Source of the DNA: a virus
Taxonomy: Duplodnaviria > Caudoviricetes
Direction: 5' to 3' (one strand)
IMG/VR virus record: IMGVR_UViG_3300032328_000531
Coordinates: 1 to 28,755 of that record
Length of the DNA stretch: 28,755 bases
Positions 26,186-28,755 of the stretch are shown here, in pieces. The notes under the pieces were generated by a model. That model saw only the letters and a list, made by a program, of their open reading frames with translations. It had not been told where the DNA came from and ran no database searches. Both the position numbers and the translations under genes were made by a program. Each line of letters starts with the position of its first letter. The stretch's first letter is position 1.

Positions 26186-27394
26186 TTAAGAATAAATGCG
26201 AACAGTCTTACCTTTGCTTGCCACGAAGTGGTCGTTATCTACTACACCGAACAAGGTAGGGAACTCGGGTAGTTTGTAATCGCTTTCTATGTAGCCATCT
26301 GTCAGGTAGAGAACACCACGAGGCTTCAACTTGTTGTCCTCGATATACTCTGCTACACAACTGACTCGTGTGCCACCGCCACCGGCGGGTTTGAGAAGTC
26401 TAGCAATACCCTGATACTCGTGTTGCTTGAACACTTGATCGCCGACAACGCTACCCTCCCACCACAGGACACGAACAGATTGTGGTAACACATTCTCACA
26501 GATACGAGCAATCTCGCCGAACACGACAGGATACAGATGACCCATAGAACCCGAAGTATCGCAGGCAACAATCAACTCCCCTGTGCTTTCGCTGAAGTGG
26601 CTAGGCATGATGATACCGAGAGGCAGTAAGCGTTTGTTGGGCGGTGCGAATCTAGAGAAGTCATCACCCTCACACAGGGCAGTAGCCCACTCACGCAGAT
26701 GCTCACGCCAATTCGTGTCACGCTTCTTGGTGAGTCTGTCGATTGGATTACCTAGACTACCTGTGCCACGATTCTGCAAGCGTCTTTGTAATACCTTGCC
26801 TTGGTGTAGTGCCTCTGTGATTTCCTTCTCAGTCTTGGCAGATACCTCGTTGCCTAGTTTGCCGATCACATGCTGATCCATTGGCTTACCATTACCACCC
26901 TTGCCCTCACCCTCGCCTTGCTCATAGTCCTTACCGCCGTTCTCCCTGAGCAGATGTTGCAACACCTCAACGAATGACCAACCAAAGAACTTAGGGTCAA
27001 GCAAAGGTGGCACAGATGTTGGGTGTTCAACGAACTCATGCTTTGGATCTGTTTCCTCGATAGTGCCGTTGACTACATAATCCATAGCCACATTGCACAG
27101 GCGAGGATACTTCTTACACAGATCAGCATAGGTAGAGCAATGATGTAAGGCTTTGTGTAACGACTCATGCAATACCAAGAACCTCAACTGCTTGCGACTC
27201 ATAGGCTCGATGAACGAGGGGGCATACCACACATCACGACCATTGGTGCCTGCGGTTTCACAGGACTCGTCAATCTTGACATCACCGACATACACAACAC
27301 CCGACAACCCCGCAAACTTGGGGTCATTGGATATATCGACATGACACGAAATGATACGATCGTTTAACGACATCTTATTCCATACGCTACTCAT
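26186..27394 (-). CDS. Metallopeptidase (HExxH) - VWA-like protein (DUF2201 type)
   Basis: TAGTNG...LHESLH...NVAMDYVVN in the N-domain. MIDAS DTSGS, GGGGT and LTDG in the C-domain. Confidence 0.9.
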   Translation of the reverse strand: MSSVWNKMSLNDRIISCHVDISNDPKFAGLSGVVYVGDVKIDESCETAGTNGRDVWYAPSFIEPMSRKQLRFLVLHESLHKALHHCSTYADLCKKYPRLCNVAMDYVVNGTIEETDPKHEFVEHPTSVPPLLDPKFFGWSFVEVLQHLLRENGGKDYEQGEGEGKGGNGKPMDQHVIGKLGNEVSAKTEKEITEALHQGKVLQRRLQNRGTGSLGNPIDRLTKKRDTNWREHLREWATALCEGDDFSRFAPPNKRLLPLGIIMPSHFSESTGELIVACDTSGSMGHLYPVVFGEIARICENVLPQSVRVLWWEGSVVGDQVFKQHEYQGIARLLKPAGGGGTRVSCVAEYIEDNKLKPRGVLYLTDGYIESDYKLPEFPTLFGVVDNDHFVASKGKTVRIYS

Positions 27395-27404
27395 AGTGTT
27401 CTCC

Positions 27405-28526
27405 TTATTTGCCTGTGAAGTAAATCTTGTTATCTTGCAACATGCTTTGGAACTCAGTAACAGTCACGAAGTTAGTGACACGACTAGACTGCGCTAAGTT
27501 ATTACAGAACATCGACTGCATCTCCTTACGCATACGCTTGACATAGATACATACCGACTCGGCTTGCTCTCGTGTATTGGTTTGTGTAATACATTTGAGA
27601 ACTGTAATGATCTGTGCAACAGGATTGCTAGGCACAGGGCATTTGCTTGGGTCAGATACTATGCGATTGTATGGCTCGGTCTGCTCACCGAACTTGATGA
27701 AAGCATGAAGTGACTCGGCACTTGACGCACCGATTGTGCCTGTGAGTGATGCCATAAGAGAGTCGTTGTCCATGTGGTCTTTCTCATACACAATGTCAGA
27801 TGCGGCATGCAGACTGCGAGGAGTTACATAAGATGTTTGCGCAATCGCAGGGTTGAAGATGTGGGTGTTGTGACCTTCTTGATTCTGACCATGATACTTA
27901 CCGCCATTTTGGTAGTCCAAGAAACTGTCGAACAACTGCTCTTCTAACTCATCAGTCCATGCGATAACCTCGGGGGCAATACCCTTGTCGAGTGCCCACT
28001 CACGCCATTCCTTTTGGGTTGGCTTACGCATTTTGACGAACACCAAACGATTACGCAGATGAGCCTGAATGTTATCGCCCAATCCCTCGACACCTAGGTT
28101 AGTAGCACAGAACACCACGCTGTTCTCAGGTAACTCGTAGTTACCAACACGACGCTCGTAAACGATTGGTGCAAGAACATCTTTGATGAACTGCTTGGCT
28201 TTGGCAATCTCATCGAGGAATATCAGGGCGGGTCTACTGCCATTGACACCTCGTTGGTTGTCACGATTAACACCGAACCTCTCGTTAGGTAACTCACGAG
28301 ATACACCCATCTCCCGATCAATGTCGGGCATCCACACCGAGCCGTCAGATAACTGCGTGCAATCAATAGGCTTGACATGAATGTGGTTGGCAAAGTGTGG
28401 GTCATTGGCTAGTGCATAGAACAAACCGGTCTTACCGATACCATTCTCGCCCTCAACAATGATGGTGCGCTTGTGACCGATTGCCTTGACGAGTTGTGAA
28501 ACTTGCTTGAATGAAAGCATTGACAT
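27405..28526 (-). CDS. MoxR-like AAA+ ATPase
   Basis: Walker A GENGIGKT, Walker B IFLDE, sensor I ATN, Arg finger LRNR and sensor II TPRS. Confidence 0.9.
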   Translation of the reverse strand: MSMLSFKQVSQLVKAIGHKRTIIVEGENGIGKTGLFYALANDPHFANHIHVKPIDCTQLSDGSVWMPDIDREMGVSRELPNERFGVNRDNQRGVNGSRPALIFLDEIAKAKQFIKDVLAPIVYERRVGNYELPENSVVFCATNLGVEGLGDNIQAHLRNRLVFVKMRKPTQKEWREWALDKGIAPEVIAWTDELEEQLFDSFLDYQNGGKYHGQNQEGHNTHIFNPAIAQTSYVTPRSLHAASDIVYEKDHMDNDSLMASLTGTIGASSAESLHAFIKFGEQTEPYNRIVSDPSKCPVPSNPVAQIITVLKCITQTNTREQAESVCIYVKRMRKEMQSMFCNNLAQSSRVTNFVTVTEFQSMLQDNKIYFTGK

Positions 28527-28605
28527 AATTAATACCTTTCGTTAGTTGGTACTACATTTAGTAGAGTGATACTACATATTGTTGTTTTACTTAATGATAC
28601 TGCCA

Positions 28606-28621
28606 AGTCAAATACTAGACA
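28606..28621. promoter_or_regulatory. Putative operator/-35 overlap (- strand TGTCTAGTATTTGACT)
   Basis: Pseudo-palindrome matching the 17536-17551 site at 12/16. Contains TTGACT, with TAAAAC 16 nt downstream, ahead of the AAA operon. Confidence 0.45.
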
Positions 28622-28646
28622 CCTCCTTTCGTATTGGGATAAACCC

Positions 28647-28754
28647 TTAGTAATAAAACTTGCGTGGAATGGTGGGTTGAAACTGCCCCCATGCCGTTCT
28701 CTCTGTGCCTGTCTTGATGCCTACCATATCAAGCACCTTGTTTGTTAACGACTT
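28647..28754 (-). CDS. 3' end of an upstream gene (…KSLTNKVLDMVGIKTGTERTAWGQFQPTIPRKFYY*), truncated by window edge
   Basis: Open frame from the window end to TAA at 28649-28647, on the same strand as the early block. Confidence 0.5.
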   Translation of the reverse strand, partial: KSLTNKVLDMVGIKTGTERTAWGQFQPTIPRKFYY

Positions 28755-28755
28755 A

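Larger units (their letters stand above)
1..28755. mobile_element. Tailed bacteriophage genome segment (podovirus-like; virion module on +, replication/early module on -)
   Basis: Dense, translationally coupled ORFs in two converging blocks. Contains PolA, primase-helicase, SNF2, VRR-NUC, HNH, DUF3310, an SLT-bearing protein and a giant virion protein. No housekeeping genes are present. Confidence 0.95.

Noticed and set aside
13645-28405. Numerous + strand ORFs (60-103 aa) opposite the replication/early genes
   Set aside because: They lie antisense to well-supported genes and have no recognisable motifs.
28566-28748. 60-aa + strand ORF at the window end
   Set aside because: It is opposite to the local gene direction and overlaps the putative regulatory region and the 3' end of a - strand gene.
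1-28755. Alternative genetic code or stop-codon reassignment
   Set aside because: The standard code gives full-length, tightly packed genes, and TAA, TAG and TGA are all used as stops.

Overview
The whole window is part of a tailed dsDNA phage genome with podovirus-like organisation and no host genes. Two gene blocks converge and overlap tail-to-tail at 12413-12433. The + strand (1-12433) is the end of the virion module: a partial structural gene, a Gly/Ala-rich protein, a GNAT-like protein, a pilot/ejection-like protein, a protein with a lytic transglycosylase domain, and a 2507-aa polyvalent protein (coiled coil, zincin-like motif, LPD38-like C-terminus). The - strand (12413-28755) holds the early/replication module: a MoxR-like AAA+ ATPase, metallopeptidase-VWA and DUF3150-like triad, many small ORFs, DUF3310, an NrdR-like Zn ribbon, VRR-NUC, family A DNA polymerase (Leu762 type), a PD-(D/E)XK exonuclease, HNH, an SNF2 helicase, a putative SSB, an HTH protein and an AEP primase-DUF927 helicase. 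The most notable observations are: (1) a compact three-way-junction RNA/ssDNA structure with a loop-E (GAA/AGUA) motif between the SSB and HTH genes; (2) a recurring [YFL]-A-x-G-G peptide motif shared by the ejection proteins, which brackets the transglycosylase domain; (3) a shared 16-bp pseudo-palindromic operator in two intergenic regions; (4) the AAA/VWA-peptidase/DUF3150 module. All family calls come from motif recognition by eye, not from database searches.
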